Part shown: in pieces, positions 10,138 to 19,435 of the stretch
Layout of the letters: each line of letters starts with the position of its first letter
How positions within the stretch are numbered: position 1 is the stretch's first letter
From: Candidatus Micrarchaeaceae archaeon
GTDB taxonomy: Archaea; Micrarchaeota; Micrarchaeia; Micrarchaeales; CABMGC01
NCBI GenBank assembly: GCA_038877255.1
Contig: JAVYWZ010000007.1
Location: 1-41,482, forward strand
Direction of reading: 5' to 3'
DNA length: 41,482 nt
Position numbers and translations under genes: made by a program
The notes under the pieces: generated by a model
Told to the model about the DNA's origin: nothing
Databases searched by the model: none
The model's input: the letters and a program-made list of their open reading frames with translations, nothing else

Positions 10138-10443
10138 CTTCAGAGCATGTTCGTGGCTTGAATAAAAGACAGGATTATGCCTTTGGTCAATGCGTTGCTG
10201 TTTTGCCAAGCTGCCTGCCATGTGCGCAGGTAGTGCATATGCCCAGTTTGGAAATGTAATGTTTGTCGCACACGTGCCTGCCGCAAAGTTTGCAGACGTG
10301 GCTCGCAGGCGCTCCGCAGATATAGCAAACAGAGTAAACATCTGGCATATTCAGATATTGAACTGTTTTATTTTAAACCTTTCTGAAAGCGTAAAAGCGA
10401 AAAAAAGAAGTGACTTATTAACTTTATTGTATAAATTTTACCC

Positions 10444-11631
10444 ATGTATGATCTTAACGAAAAAGCAGAGAAAGATGGAAAAGATGGAAAAGAGGGAAAA
10501 GCAGGCGCAACACACGGCAATGCAAACAAATACAAATTATTGCTCATTGTAATAGTAGTCATTGCCGCAATCATTGTTGCCGCAGCTATTCTTTCTTCAT
10601 TAAAGCCAAAATCAAGTCTTTCACCAAGCATAAATGCCAAGGCATCAGGCGCTTTCTTCCTGGGTCCTGACGGCTCGCCTATGAATGCTTCGTTTATGTC
10701 AATTATTTCTAATTTAAGTGCGCAGCTTGAAGTAGTGGGAGAAGAGCAGCTCTCAGGCACATTTATTCATGTAAATGCAACATCTTCACAGCCTGGCTTT
10801 TACGTTTTGCTTTTCGGAAATGCCAGTGTACAAAATTACGATCTAGTGCCAATTCCAGTTTCTCCAAGTATTGCGCCATTGACAAGTAATAATACTCTAA
10901 TGTTTGTGTTCATCAGTGCACAAGGCTGCCCGTATTGCGCAGGCATGCGCTGGCCCGTTGCAATTGCACTTTCGCGATTTGGCAACTTCAGCAAGCTCTT
11001 TTATGATAGATCTGCTACAAACGATGGCAACGTGCCTACTTTTATGTTCAATTTCTCAGAGGCTGAGTTTAATTCGGCAACAAAGAACCCGCCAGTAAGC
11101 AACGGCGAAGCTCCATATGGTGATGAATATCCTACGCCTATCTCAACGGGATCTTACTACTCATCAAAATACATTACTCTTGAGCCTTTCGATGAAATGG
11201 GCAGTTCTTTCTTCTTTAATGACACTGGTTTAGAGGCGCTAAGCCCATTGGTTTATTCAAACGTTTACCTAGAAGCCAACAAGCAGGTAAACGGCACTTA
11301 TTCCGGATTTGGCATAAAAGGATTCAGCATGGGCGGCGTTCCTTTCTTCAGCATAGGTAACAAGTACGTGTTTGATGGCGCCATAATAAACGCCAGCACA
11401 TATCTGAGCCAGACAGGATTGGAAATATACAATACGCATGCAAGCATGCTTTACTCTATAGAAAATCCAAAGCCCGGTTCGTTCGGCCAGACAGCCCTTG
11501 GTGCAGCAAACCTGCTTACTGCCGACATTTGCTTATCAATCAACAACACAGCGCCAGTCTGCTCTCTGCCTTACATTAAGCAGCTTGAAGCCAAACTGAG
11601 CGCACTGAATTACTCTGGCGAGTATTCATAG
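10444..11631 (+). CDS. DUF929-family membrane-anchored thioredoxin-fold protein
   Basis: N-terminal TM helix, GCPYCA.MRW..AIALSRFGNFS, VPTF, GGVPF, C-terminal IC....NTAPVC. Confidence 0.8.
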   Translation: MYDLNEKAEKDGKDGKEGKAGATHGNANKYKLLLIVIVVIAAIIVAAAILSSLKPKSSLSPSINAKASGAFFLGPDGSPMNASFMSIISNLSAQLEVVGEEQLSGTFIHVNATSSQPGFYVLLFGNASVQNYDLVPIPVSPSIAPLTSNNTLMFVFISAQGCPYCAGMRWPVAIALSRFGNFSKLFYDRSATNDGNVPTFMFNFSEAEFNSATKNPPVSNGEAPYGDEYPTPISTGSYYSSKYITLEPFDEMGSSFFFNDTGLEALSPLVYSNVYLEANKQVNGTYSGFGIKGFSMGGVPFFSIGNKYVFDGAIINASTYLSQTGLEIYNTHASMLYSIENPKPGSFGQTALGAANLLTADICLSINNTAPVCSLPYIKQLEAKLSALNYSGEYS

Positions 11632-11690
11632 AGCAAAAGACAAAGCAGGGCTTTCCGTAAGTTGGTGAATCATATCACACAGTACAAATG

Positions 11691-11905
11691 GTCAACAACC
11701 GCATCTGAACCGGATGGCTTTTTACAAGACTTCTCCTATAAGAAATCTAGGAGGTTTTACGGTTAGCGATATCCTTTCGCTCCAAAAGAGGATATGAAAG
11801 CTTTCCTCTGCACGTACATTCCATACGCTCCTCAACCGCGCGTAGCGCAATCGTTTAGCGACCTTTAGATAAACGTTGAGCGGGGTCTGCGCATGGTCAA
11901 ACATT
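11691..11905 (-). mobile_element. IS200/IS605 right-end / omega-RNA-like remnant without intact tnpB
   Basis: The minus strand ends AAGCCATCCGGTTCAGATGCGGTTGTTGAC (right-end-like). Several inverted repeats are present (CTCCTA/TAGGAG, ATATCCT/AGGATAT, CTCAAC/GTTGAG), and a short ORF has LNVYLK, reminiscent of TnpB C-termini. Confidence 0.55.
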
Positions 11906-11957
11906 TTGCCAATTTATTACATTAAGTATCATTCTTACCTTAACTCTAATTGAAAAG

Positions 11958-13607
11958 TCACTGTCTCATAAGTTGCAGCAGCACCGTCACAGTATCTGTG
12001 TCTGCTTCGCCCAGTCCTTCAAAATATGGGTTACCTCCTGTCATGATTGTTGCCTCTGATTCTGGCCAGTTGTCATGTCTAAGCAACTTTACTAACTCTT
12101 TTGGAGTCTGGTTGGATGGTTTGGTATATACTGCAACACCGTCAAGATCGTTCCTTTTCGCGACCTCTATGAGCGAATCTATAATAAATTTGTAATGGGT
12201 TTTTAGTATCTCCCAGTTGCGGAGGTTTGATTCAAGGGAATCTACATAAAGCACCCTCCTGCCCTCAATTGTGGCAGTGCCACATATTGCAACTGCATTC
12301 ATCTTTCTTACTTCTTTATCTACGTAATTCCAGTTCGGATTTTCTGGTATTTTATCCACAATGGCAAAACCAACAAGTATTACACCGCTGTTCAGCAGGT
12401 AACCAAATGCAGCCGAATTATATGCTCCGTTAGGCAGAAAAGCGCAGGCTGCAAGCTCACTGCTGTCGAACAGCATGAATTGGCTCTTTCCTTGAAAACT
12501 TATTAAGTATTTGCCTCTGCTGTAGTTATTGGTAAGTGCCTCTATATTTACTGCAATGTTGTCGAGTGCTTCGTGTTCCTTGCCTTTGAATATGCTGAAC
12601 ACCTTCTCTGCATTTTCCCTTGTCGGATCTTTTTCAAACTCAGTGTATGCCGCACCTAATTCATTTATTTTTCTATTCCTGATTTCATTCCATTCATTGA
12701 TTGCTGGGCCTGCAACATCAGGGAAAATTTTCTTGATCCAATTTATAGCATTTTTTGCAAGTTCCTTTTTGTTTGGATCCTTTGTGCCATTAAGTCCCAG
12801 AACAATGTAGTTAACTGCGTCTTCAAGACTCACCTTTTTTTGAGTTTGTTGATCTATTTTGCCTAAATTTAACACTCCAATTACATAGCCGCCGCTCTCT
12901 AATTCTGCCACAGTGTTCAATTGCTTTATCTCCTGATCATAGAGATAAGACTTCAGTAGAAGCAGTTTTTCGTTAAGGGTAAATTTCTCAGGGTGCTCTA
13001 TGCCCTTCTTTTTAAGAGAGCGATTTAAGACTTTATTGCAATATTTTTCTGTGTCTTCCAATTTGCCGCAGAATATTTTGCCATAGTCTACATTTGTCTG
13101 TTTTTGTAGAGCACTGGCTAATGAATACCTGTAGAGTTGTGTGTGTTTGCTTTTCCCATTCCAATTCTCTATTGCAATTTTCAATATTTTTTCATCTTGG
13201 ATTGGATTCAGTTCAATATATTGCGATGGCTTCTTGCTAATCTCCTTAATAATCATAAAAAGATAGTCGGACCACCGTTTGTCTTTTGTACCGGTTTTGG
13301 CCAGCGCTTTGAACCACTGCACTGCCGCGTCGCTTCCCATCTCATATGCAAACTTCAATATTTCATTGTCGGTAAGTACAGAAACAGCCTTGGTTTTCGC
13401 TATCGCTTCGAACAACCACCATGTCGCATCGCTTCCTATTTCGCTTAAAAAAGTTGACAATCTGCTATAAATTTTCTCTGCTTCTGCTTTTGGTAGCTCT
13501 TTAAGGTAGTTTGTTAAAACAGAAACGTCTTGCGAATAAAAGTGATTGAACGCACTATAGTCTCTCTCGGCAGTAATCTCGATCTTCATGGTGCTATTAT
13601 ACCCCAT
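11958..13607 (-). CDS. Large AT-rich hypothetical protein with an N-terminal helical repeat and a possible GNAT-like C-terminus
   Basis: 549-aa ORF (alternative ATG at 13589) with a duplicated EIGSDA..WLFEAIAKT / EMGSDA..WFKALAKT unit and C-terminal VLYVDSLE...IIDSLIEVAKRNDLDGVAV. Confidence 0.75.
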   Translation of the reverse strand: MGYNSTMKIEITAERDYSAFNHFYSQDVSVLTNYLKELPKAEAEKIYSRLSTFLSEIGSDATWWLFEAIAKTKAVSVLTDNEILKFAYEMGSDAAVQWFKALAKTGTKDKRWSDYLFMIIKEISKKPSQYIELNPIQDEKILKIAIENWNGKSKHTQLYRYSLASALQKQTNVDYGKIFCGKLEDTEKYCNKVLNRSLKKKGIEHPEKFTLNEKLLLLKSYLYDQEIKQLNTVAELESGGYVIGVLNLGKIDQQTQKKVSLEDAVNYIVLGLNGTKDPNKKELAKNAINWIKKIFPDVAGPAINEWNEIRNRKINELGAAYTEFEKDPTRENAEKVFSIFKGKEHEALDNIAVNIEALTNNYSRGKYLISFQGKSQFMLFDSSELAACAFLPNGAYNSAAFGYLLNSGVILVGFAIVDKIPENPNWNYVDKEVRKMNAVAICGTATIEGRRVLYVDSLESNLRNWEILKTHYKFIIDSLIEVAKRNDLDGVAVYTKPSNQTPKELVKLLRHDNWPESEATIMTGGNPYFEGLGEADTDTVTVLLQLMRQ

Positions 13608-13848
13608 TTCTCTTACTTAAATATACCCTTTTATTTAAAAAAGTATAAAGTTGATTGGGATTTTGCAATCTGCAGTACCGTGGCTGTTGCCTTAACATGG
13701 CGGTTTTCTTGCTGTAAATAATAAGTAAACTAATTGTTAAGGCGCATAGCGTTAGGGTTTGAATGCTTAGTTGTGGGAGGATTAGCGGATATGCGCCCAT
13801 TTTAGCCTTCCTGTTCGTTTCTGTTGTATTTACAAAATATGGGCTGAA

Positions 13849-13921
13849 CGGGGAGTCCGAGATTTGAACTCGGGTCTCCAGCGCCCGAGGCTGGTAGCCT
13901 GCCAAGCTAGCCTAACTCCCC
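13849..13921 (-). tRNA. tRNA-Pro(CGG), no intron, CCA not encoded
   Basis: Acceptor GGGGAGT/ACTCCCC, anticodon arm CCAGC-CTCGGGC-GCTGG, T arm CCGAG-TTCAAAT-CTCGG. Confidence 0.93.
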
Positions 13922-15025
13922 TTTTCCCAAAAGCACGTTGCCATGCCTTGTAATGAGCACATCGTCTTCTATGCGAACGCCGCCAAAGCCAACAACATAA
14001 ACTCCGGGCTCCGCTGTGAATATCATGCCTTCTTTAAGCACCGTTTTTGATCCGGGATAAAGCCCGTAGCCGTCGTGAACTTCTAAGCCTACTGAATGGC
14101 CCAAGGAGTGAATAAACGTGCCTTTATACTTGCCTCCAAGGGCAGAGTCTATATAGCTTCTTGCTGCCTTGTCAACATCGCTTCCTGTTGCCCCTGGCTT
14201 CATTTCGCTTATAGCTCTTCTCTGCGCTTCTTTTACAATTTGCATCATCTCGCTTTCTTGCTTTATCCTTTTGTCTTTGCCAAAGATGAATGTTCTTGTC
14301 ATGTCGCTGCAGTAGCCGTTTGCAGTTGCACCTGCGTCTATGAGCACTATGTCCCCATTCCTGAGCCGGGTGCCGTCTGGCATATGGTGCGGCAAAGCCG
14401 CGTTTTTGCCGAAGCAAACGATTGTGTCAAACGACGGCTTTTCAGAGCCTAGCTCTTCGGAGAGCCTGTCAAAAATTCTGGCAAGCTCAAGCTCAGTAAT
14501 GCCTTCTTTGAAGTATCTGCCTATCCTTTGCATGGCCTTGCCTGTTATGCGCGCCGCCTGGTCTATGCTCGCTATTTCTTCTTTGTCTTTTACCAGCCTT
14601 GCCTTCGCAAAGCATTCACTAGCATCTAAGATGTGCGCTGGCTTGTACTCGCGCCTTAACTTAAGGTATGTGCCCGCAGGCATGAATGCGCCGTTTATGC
14701 CTATTCTCTTGCCCTGGAGCTCCTTCTTCAGCGCCTCTTTAACCTCTTTCTGGTTCCTCTTGTCTACCTTGCTTACTTGCATTCCAATTAATCTTTGCGA
14801 AACTGCAGTTGCGTATTCGAGCTCGCTTGTAATCAGCTTGACCTTGTTTCTTTCCACTATTAAAATGTCGTCTTCAAAGATGCCGCTCCTGAACCTTGTC
14901 AAATACCTGAAATTAGGATCCTGTGTGCTCGCATTTGCGATTACAAATTTGTCTATGCCCTTACAATCAAACAATTTCTCAAGCCTAAGTTTTAGGATAT
15001 TATCCATATGCCATGCCTCTCGCAT
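13907..15025 (-). CDS. Xaa-Pro aminopeptidase/prolidase (M24 family)
   Basis: ALPHH, VLIDAGA..NGYCSDMTRT, HSLGHSVGLEVHD, AEPGVY, GVRIEDD. Confidence 0.93.
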   Translation of the reverse strand: MREAWHMDNILKLRLEKLFDCKGIDKFVIANASTQDPNFRYLTRFRSGIFEDDILIVERNKVKLITSELEYATAVSQRLIGMQVSKVDKRNQKEVKEALKKELQGKRIGINGAFMPAGTYLKLRREYKPAHILDASECFAKARLVKDKEEIASIDQAARITGKAMQRIGRYFKEGITELELARIFDRLSEELGSEKPSFDTIVCFGKNAALPHHMPDGTRLRNGDIVLIDAGATANGYCSDMTRTFIFGKDKRIKQESEMMQIVKEAQRRAISEMKPGATGSDVDKAARSYIDSALGGKYKGTFIHSLGHSVGLEVHDGYGLYPGSKTVLKEGMIFTAEPGVYVVGFGGVRIEDDVLITRHGNVLLGKGELG

Positions 15026-15078
15026 ATTTATTACATTGAAGCTTTAAATATTAGTAAAGCGTAAAGTGCATTGTTGTT

Positions 15079-16311
15079 ATGCAAGAGACAAAGCAGTTGC
15101 GCGCGCAGAGTTTGGCGCAGCAGCTGAATGTAGTGCGCACGCAGCAAGTTTACATAAACATGCGCGACCCTAGGCTGCTAAAATACTATTACCGCTTCAA
15201 CACAGTAAACATGATAAAGGGCAACGAACTTGAGGGCTCTTCGCCGCCTGACATATTTGTAGGCAGAGCAGGCTACCCTAACGTTTACATAGGGCCGCTT
15301 GTGCCCCCGCAGTTTGGCGATACGTCTTTGCTTGCCACACCTGAGCAGTGGGTCGGCAAGAGCATAATTGACATAGTTGCTTACAGGTCCATGCTCGTGC
15401 GCGGAATGTTCAAAGCCAATGTAAAAGAAACACAGGGCAGGCTCCAGGACATGCTTCAAGAGCTTGCCATTGCAGAGAAGTACACTTATGCAGATATGGA
15501 GCTAAAGCACAAGCCCAATGCGGTAATAAGTCTTGATGAGAACGGGCAGCCATTCGGGCCTAGTGCGCAGCTCAGTTCTTTCAGCATAGGCAATACAAAA
15601 TCTGATATTAGGCTTGAAAAGGCGTCGCTTGATACTGACATGGATGCGCGAACAGCGATACTGAGTCTTTATGGCAAGGGTCTCCAGGTTACAAAGATAC
15701 AAAAAGCGATCTCTGCCGGTGTTCTTGGAATAGGCAAGAATAGAAGGTTTGTACCTACGCGCTGGAGCATAACAGCTGTTGACGATACGATTTCAAAATC
15801 GATGTTGTCAAGCATAAAGGAGTATCCTACGCTCGATTCTGTGCGCGTCTATGAAACGATAGGGCTTGACAACAGGTGGTTCATTCTTATGACTCCAGGC
15901 GCATGGAGCTACGAGCTCATAGAAGCATGGTACCCGAATACTACATGGAACCTTAATCGCAACGACATTGCAATATACTCATCGCACGAATTCTACGATG
16001 GAAGGAAAACCTATGCGGAGATAGGCGGCTGCTACTATGCCGCAAGGCTTGCAGTTTCAGAGCTGCTTGAACGGCTCAAAGTGCAAGCAAAAGTGATAAT
16101 ATTGCGCGAAACTCATTCTGGCTACGTTCTGCCAGTGGGCGTTTGGAACGTGCGCGAGCACGTGCGCGAAGCCCTAAGGCAAGAGCCCCATTATTTCTCA
16201 ACAGTAAGCGGCGCGCTTGCTTATGCAGGTACAAAGCTAGACATAAAATTAAAGGATTGGATACGTAACAGCACAGTTTTGCAGCATATCCTTTATCAGA
16301 GAACGCTATAG
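15079..16311 (+). CDS. nreA: Nre-family DNA repair protein
   Basis: GSSPP.IFVGR.GYP.V..GPL, VPTRWSITAVD, W.YELIEAW, GGCYYAARLAV.E, PVGVW.VRE, C-terminal QRTL (PIP-like). Confidence 0.9.
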   Translation: MQETKQLRAQSLAQQLNVVRTQQVYINMRDPRLLKYYYRFNTVNMIKGNELEGSSPPDIFVGRAGYPNVYIGPLVPPQFGDTSLLATPEQWVGKSIIDIVAYRSMLVRGMFKANVKETQGRLQDMLQELAIAEKYTYADMELKHKPNAVISLDENGQPFGPSAQLSSFSIGNTKSDIRLEKASLDTDMDARTAILSLYGKGLQVTKIQKAISAGVLGIGKNRRFVPTRWSITAVDDTISKSMLSSIKEYPTLDSVRVYETIGLDNRWFILMTPGAWSYELIEAWYPNTTWNLNRNDIAIYSSHEFYDGRKTYAEIGGCYYAARLAVSELLERLKVQAKVIILRETHSGYVLPVGVWNVREHVREALRQEPHYFSTVSGALAYAGTKLDIKLKDWIRNSTVLQHILYQRTL

Positions 16312-16380
16312 GAGGCTTTTAAAATTATTGCTTTTGAATGTTCAACGTAAGCTTATTTTGATGCAGTTATATAACATGGC

Positions 16381-16414
16381 GTAAAACCTACTCCCTTCAG
16401 GTGGTATAAGTCAC
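16381..16414 (+). mobile_element. Degenerate IS200/IS605 right-end relic
   Basis: GTAAAACCTACTCCCTTCAGGTGGTATAAGTCAC has the same layout (A-rich guide, CCTTCAG-centred hairpin remnant, terminal TCAC) as the right end at 5570-5604. Confidence 0.35.
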
Positions 16415-16513
16415 TGCAGAAATATGCAGAATCCTTTGGTATGCGCAAACCGTATTACACAACATGCACAACAAAAAGTAAATGTTTATAAACGTGGAAA
16501 ACAAAATTACTAA

Positions 16514-16630
16514 TGGGCATAGGGGTGTGGTAGGCGCATAAATAAGCGCATGAGTGGGTGCATGAGCGGGCGTATGGGGGAACACGTGAGCAGGCGCGGG
16601 CATATGAGTAATGGGCATAAAAAAGCGCAT
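16514..16630. repeat. Degenerate ~12-bp tandem repeat (GCGCATGAGYGG-like)
   Basis: Units GCGCATAAATAA, GCGCATGAGTGG, GTGCATGAGCGG, GCGTATGGGGGA, ACACGTGAGCAG lie between the convergent nreA and ychF genes. Confidence 0.6.
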
Positions 16631-16715
16631 CTCAGGCTGCGCAAACTCTATCATAGGTTGCTTGCATCTTACATGCTGCTGTAGAATATGTTACGCATTT
16701 GTTTGATTTTACGAT

Positions 16716-17888
16716 CTAGCTTTTTGCGGCGCTTACTATCTTTATCACGTCATTGTTCTTTAGCACATAGTTTCTTGCCAGCCTGAGCTTGCTCTTAGCG
16801 TCTATAGCATAAAGCATGCCTTTTGCAAGGCTTGTGTGTATCTTTTCCGCAAGGTCGTATGCCACTGAGCCGCTTTTCATAAGTATTGCATCGGGCAGAA
16901 TATTGCCATCATGGTCAGTGTACTTGTTCTCGTCTTCTACAGGGTAAACAACTATTTCTTTAAGCACATCAAACACAGCCTTGTTTATTAGTTCCTGTAC
17001 GCCTGTTGTATTGTGCGCTTTTAGGTACTCCTTTATACGCTCCAAAGCGCCTTGTTGCTCGCTCGTAAGCGTGCCTTTTACCTCAAAGGTTTGAGAGCCT
17101 GGAATATACTCTATATAGTTGCCTTTTGCTGCCTGCCTCAGAGCCAATTCCATTGCGCCAGAGCATCCTATTACTGTGTATTCTTTCAGTTTGTTTCTCA
17201 GTTCGTCAAGCTGCGTATCGCTAACTTTATCTAATTTGTTTGCTGCTATTATCACAGGCTTGCTTATTCGCATCAGCGAGTCTGCAAATTTTTTCGTGTC
17301 TTCGGGGCCCCAGCTTATCTGTGATGTGCTCAAATAATTTGCATCTGCTGCAAGCCTTATTTGCTCCAAGCTTATGTTGAATCCTGAGAGCACTTCTTTA
17401 AGAGCGATGTCGCCGTCGCTTCTTTTTGAAATAGTGTTCATGTGCTTGGAAATTATGCCTGCGAGCCAATCAGCAAGCTCATCACTTACCATAAACACCT
17501 CTTCTGCCGGATCGCAATATTCGCACGAATTTCCATACATGTCTGTTTTGCCGCTTATGTCTACTACTTGTATAAGTGCGTCTGCTTGTATAAGATCATT
17601 AAGAAACTGGTTGCCCATTCCCTTTCCAAGATGCGCTCCGGGCACGAGCCCAGCAACATCTATTATGTTTATGGGTATTTGCCTTACGCCATTGGTGCAG
17701 TAAGAGTTTCTTGGCGTGCACTTTACCCCAAGCTCAGAATCAACGCACTTTGTAGTTGCGTAGGCAATGCCATAATTTGGCTTTATCGTTGTGAAGGGCC
17801 TGTCTGCTATTTCTGCCTTTACGAGTGTAAGGGCTGAGAAGATTGTTGATTTGCCCTTGTTAGGCGCCCCTATAATGCCTATAAGCAT
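16716..17888 (-). CDS. ychF: Obg-family YchF-like GTPase/ATPase with TGS domain
   Basis: GAPNKGKST, PFTTIKPN, DVAGLVPGA..GKGMGNQFL, ANKLD, TGS domain (LPDA, IHT). Confidence 0.92.
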   Translation of the reverse strand: MLIGIIGAPNKGKSTIFSALTLVKAEIADRPFTTIKPNYGIAYATTKCVDSELGVKCTPRNSYCTNGVRQIPINIIDVAGLVPGAHLGKGMGNQFLNDLIQADALIQVVDISGKTDMYGNSCEYCDPAEEVFMVSDELADWLAGIISKHMNTISKRSDGDIALKEVLSGFNISLEQIRLAADANYLSTSQISWGPEDTKKFADSLMRISKPVIIAANKLDKVSDTQLDELRNKLKEYTVIGCSGAMELALRQAAKGNYIEYIPGSQTFEVKGTLTSEQQGALERIKEYLKAHNTTGVQELINKAVFDVLKEIVVYPVEDENKYTDHDGNILPDAILMKSGSVAYDLAEKIHTSLAKGMLYAIDAKSKLRLARNYVLKNNDVIKIVSAAKS

Positions 17889-17944
17889 GTCGACCACTTG
17901 TGTTGCTTTAATATTTTATATATTGCCGCACATCGCATTGCATA

Positions 17945-19276
17945 TTATTTAAATAGTCTTATCTTTACCGGCTTTTTGCCTTTAAGCTCCCTTAAAAAGT
18001 AATAAAGTATGAGAAGCGACAGCACCATAACGTTGCCTATTATGAGAGATTCTTTTGGCATGCCAAAAAGAAATGCAAGCAAAAGCACTATCGCAATAAT
18101 CGTGAGATATGGGTACAGCGGCATAGTTATTGCTTGCTGAAGGCGCTGGCGCCTGAAGTGGATTTGTGCAAGGCACGTTATTAGGTAAGACAGCATAAGT
18201 CCGAAGTTGCTTATTGCAGCTATTACATATATGTTTCCTGAGAAAAGGGTGATTATTCCTATCGCAGCAGAAAGCAGAATGCCATTGACAGGCACGTCGC
18301 GCTTTGCATCAAAGCGCCTAAATAATTTTGGCATAAGGCCGTCTGCGCTTATCTGATACGAGATCCTAGACGCGCTCAGTATCATTGCTAATGTTGCAGA
18401 GGTAGTGGCTATCAGCGCGCCTATATCCACTATTATGCCGATCGCATGCGGCGCCTTTGCAGACTGCAGCGCGAATGCCAATGGGTCTGCAACTATTGCA
18501 TATTTGCTAGCAGGCGCCAGCAGCATGAGCGAAATGTCAACAAGCACATAAACAATAAGGCTTATCGCAACTGAACCTATTATTGCCTTTTTAGCGCCAA
18601 TTGCACCTCCTTTTATCTTTGATGCAAACGTAGCTATTGTCTGGAAGCCTGAATAGGCGAAGAATATTGCCACGCTTGCGGCAAATATGTCGCTTGGTTT
18701 GTAGTTGTTTATCGCAAAGTTGGCAATGGTTCCTGCAGCACCTACCTTATAAGCAAAAACTATCGCAAATGCGCCAAAGAGAACAAGTATGCTCAGCTTT
18801 ATTGCAACGAGCCAGAAGTCTGTCTTTGCTGCCTTGCTTATACCAAGCAAATTTACAGTAGTAAGAGCAATTATAAGCACTATGGCGAATGGAATCGACG
18901 AGAAAGCACCGAAGCCTAGCATGCTTGCTAAATATGTGCCGAAACCAAGCGCTATTGCCGCTATTGCGGTAGCAAAGCTTGCATAAAGGGCAATTCCTGT
19001 AACAAAGCCTATCTCGCTGCCGAAGGCTTTGTATGCAAAAGAGTATGAGGCTCCTTTTGCATTTGGCATTATCGAGCTGAGCTCACTCATTATCATTGCG
19101 AGTATAAGGGCTACTATGCCCACTGCGACAAAGGCTATGAGCGAATATGGGCCTGCAAGTGCCACTACTGTGCCGCTAAGCACAAATATGCCAGCGCCTA
19201 TTATAGCGCCAAGGCCTACTGCAGTGGCACTTTTTACACTTATAGTTTGCATGTTTTTACTTTGTTGCAAATGCAT
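17945..19276 (-). CDS. APC-family amino acid permease
   Basis: GAIIGAGIFVL (TM1), FFAYSGFQ (TM6), about 12 hydrophobic segments. The start could be 19276 or 19252. Confidence 0.9.
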   Translation of the reverse strand: MHLQQSKNMQTISVKSATAVGLGAIIGAGIFVLSGTVVALAGPYSLIAFVAVGIVALILAMIMSELSSIMPNAKGASYSFAYKAFGSEIGFVTGIALYASFATAIAAIALGFGTYLASMLGFGAFSSIPFAIVLIIALTTVNLLGISKAAKTDFWLVAIKLSILVLFGAFAIVFAYKVGAAGTIANFAINNYKPSDIFAASVAIFFAYSGFQTIATFASKIKGGAIGAKKAIIGSVAISLIVYVLVDISLMLLAPASKYAIVADPLAFALQSAKAPHAIGIIVDIGALIATTSATLAMILSASRISYQISADGLMPKLFRRFDAKRDVPVNGILLSAAIGIITLFSGNIYVIAAISNFGLMLSYLITCLAQIHFRRQRLQQAITMPLYPYLTIIAIVLLLAFLFGMPKESLIIGNVMVLSLLILYYFLRELKGKKPVKIRLFK

Positions 19277-19349
19277 AAAAATCAGTGCGCCCAAATACCT
19301 ATATATTTGCGTGTGATTTGCATGCATCTGTGTATGCGTGCAAGCTGAA

Positions 19350-19435
19350 GCGGGGGTGGCAGAGCTTGGACAAATGCGGCAGGCTCAGAACCTGTTCCCT
19401 TTGTGGGTGCGTGAGTTCAAATCTCACCCCCCGCA
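19350..19435 (+). tRNA. tRNA-Leu(CAG), long variable arm, no intron
   Basis: Acceptor GCGGGGG/CCCCCGC-A, anticodon arm GCAGG-CTCAGAA-CCTGT, variable arm CCC-TTTGT-GGG, T arm GTGAG-TTCAAAT-CTCAC. Confidence 0.95.

Noticed and set aside
13689..13797. Adjacent inverted repeats GCCTTAACA/TGTTAAGGC and GGCGCATA/TATGCGCC, considered as an integron attC-like site
   Set aside because: They do not fit RYYYAAC/GTTRRRY exactly, the intervening arms do not pair, and no integrase is present.
11632..13848. Search for a duplicated tRNA-Pro 3' end (att site) bounding the 549-aa gene
   Set aside because: No convincing copy of CGGGGAGTCCGAG was seen, so island status rests only on composition and position.
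14340..15047. 235-aa antisense ORF and many other shadow ORFs
   Set aside because: They lie opposite or within well-supported genes and have no recognisable motifs.
16514..16630. Repeat tracts here and at 24800 and 32220 considered as CRISPR arrays
   Set aside because: The units are 7-12 bp, contiguous and lack unique spacers; no cas genes are present.
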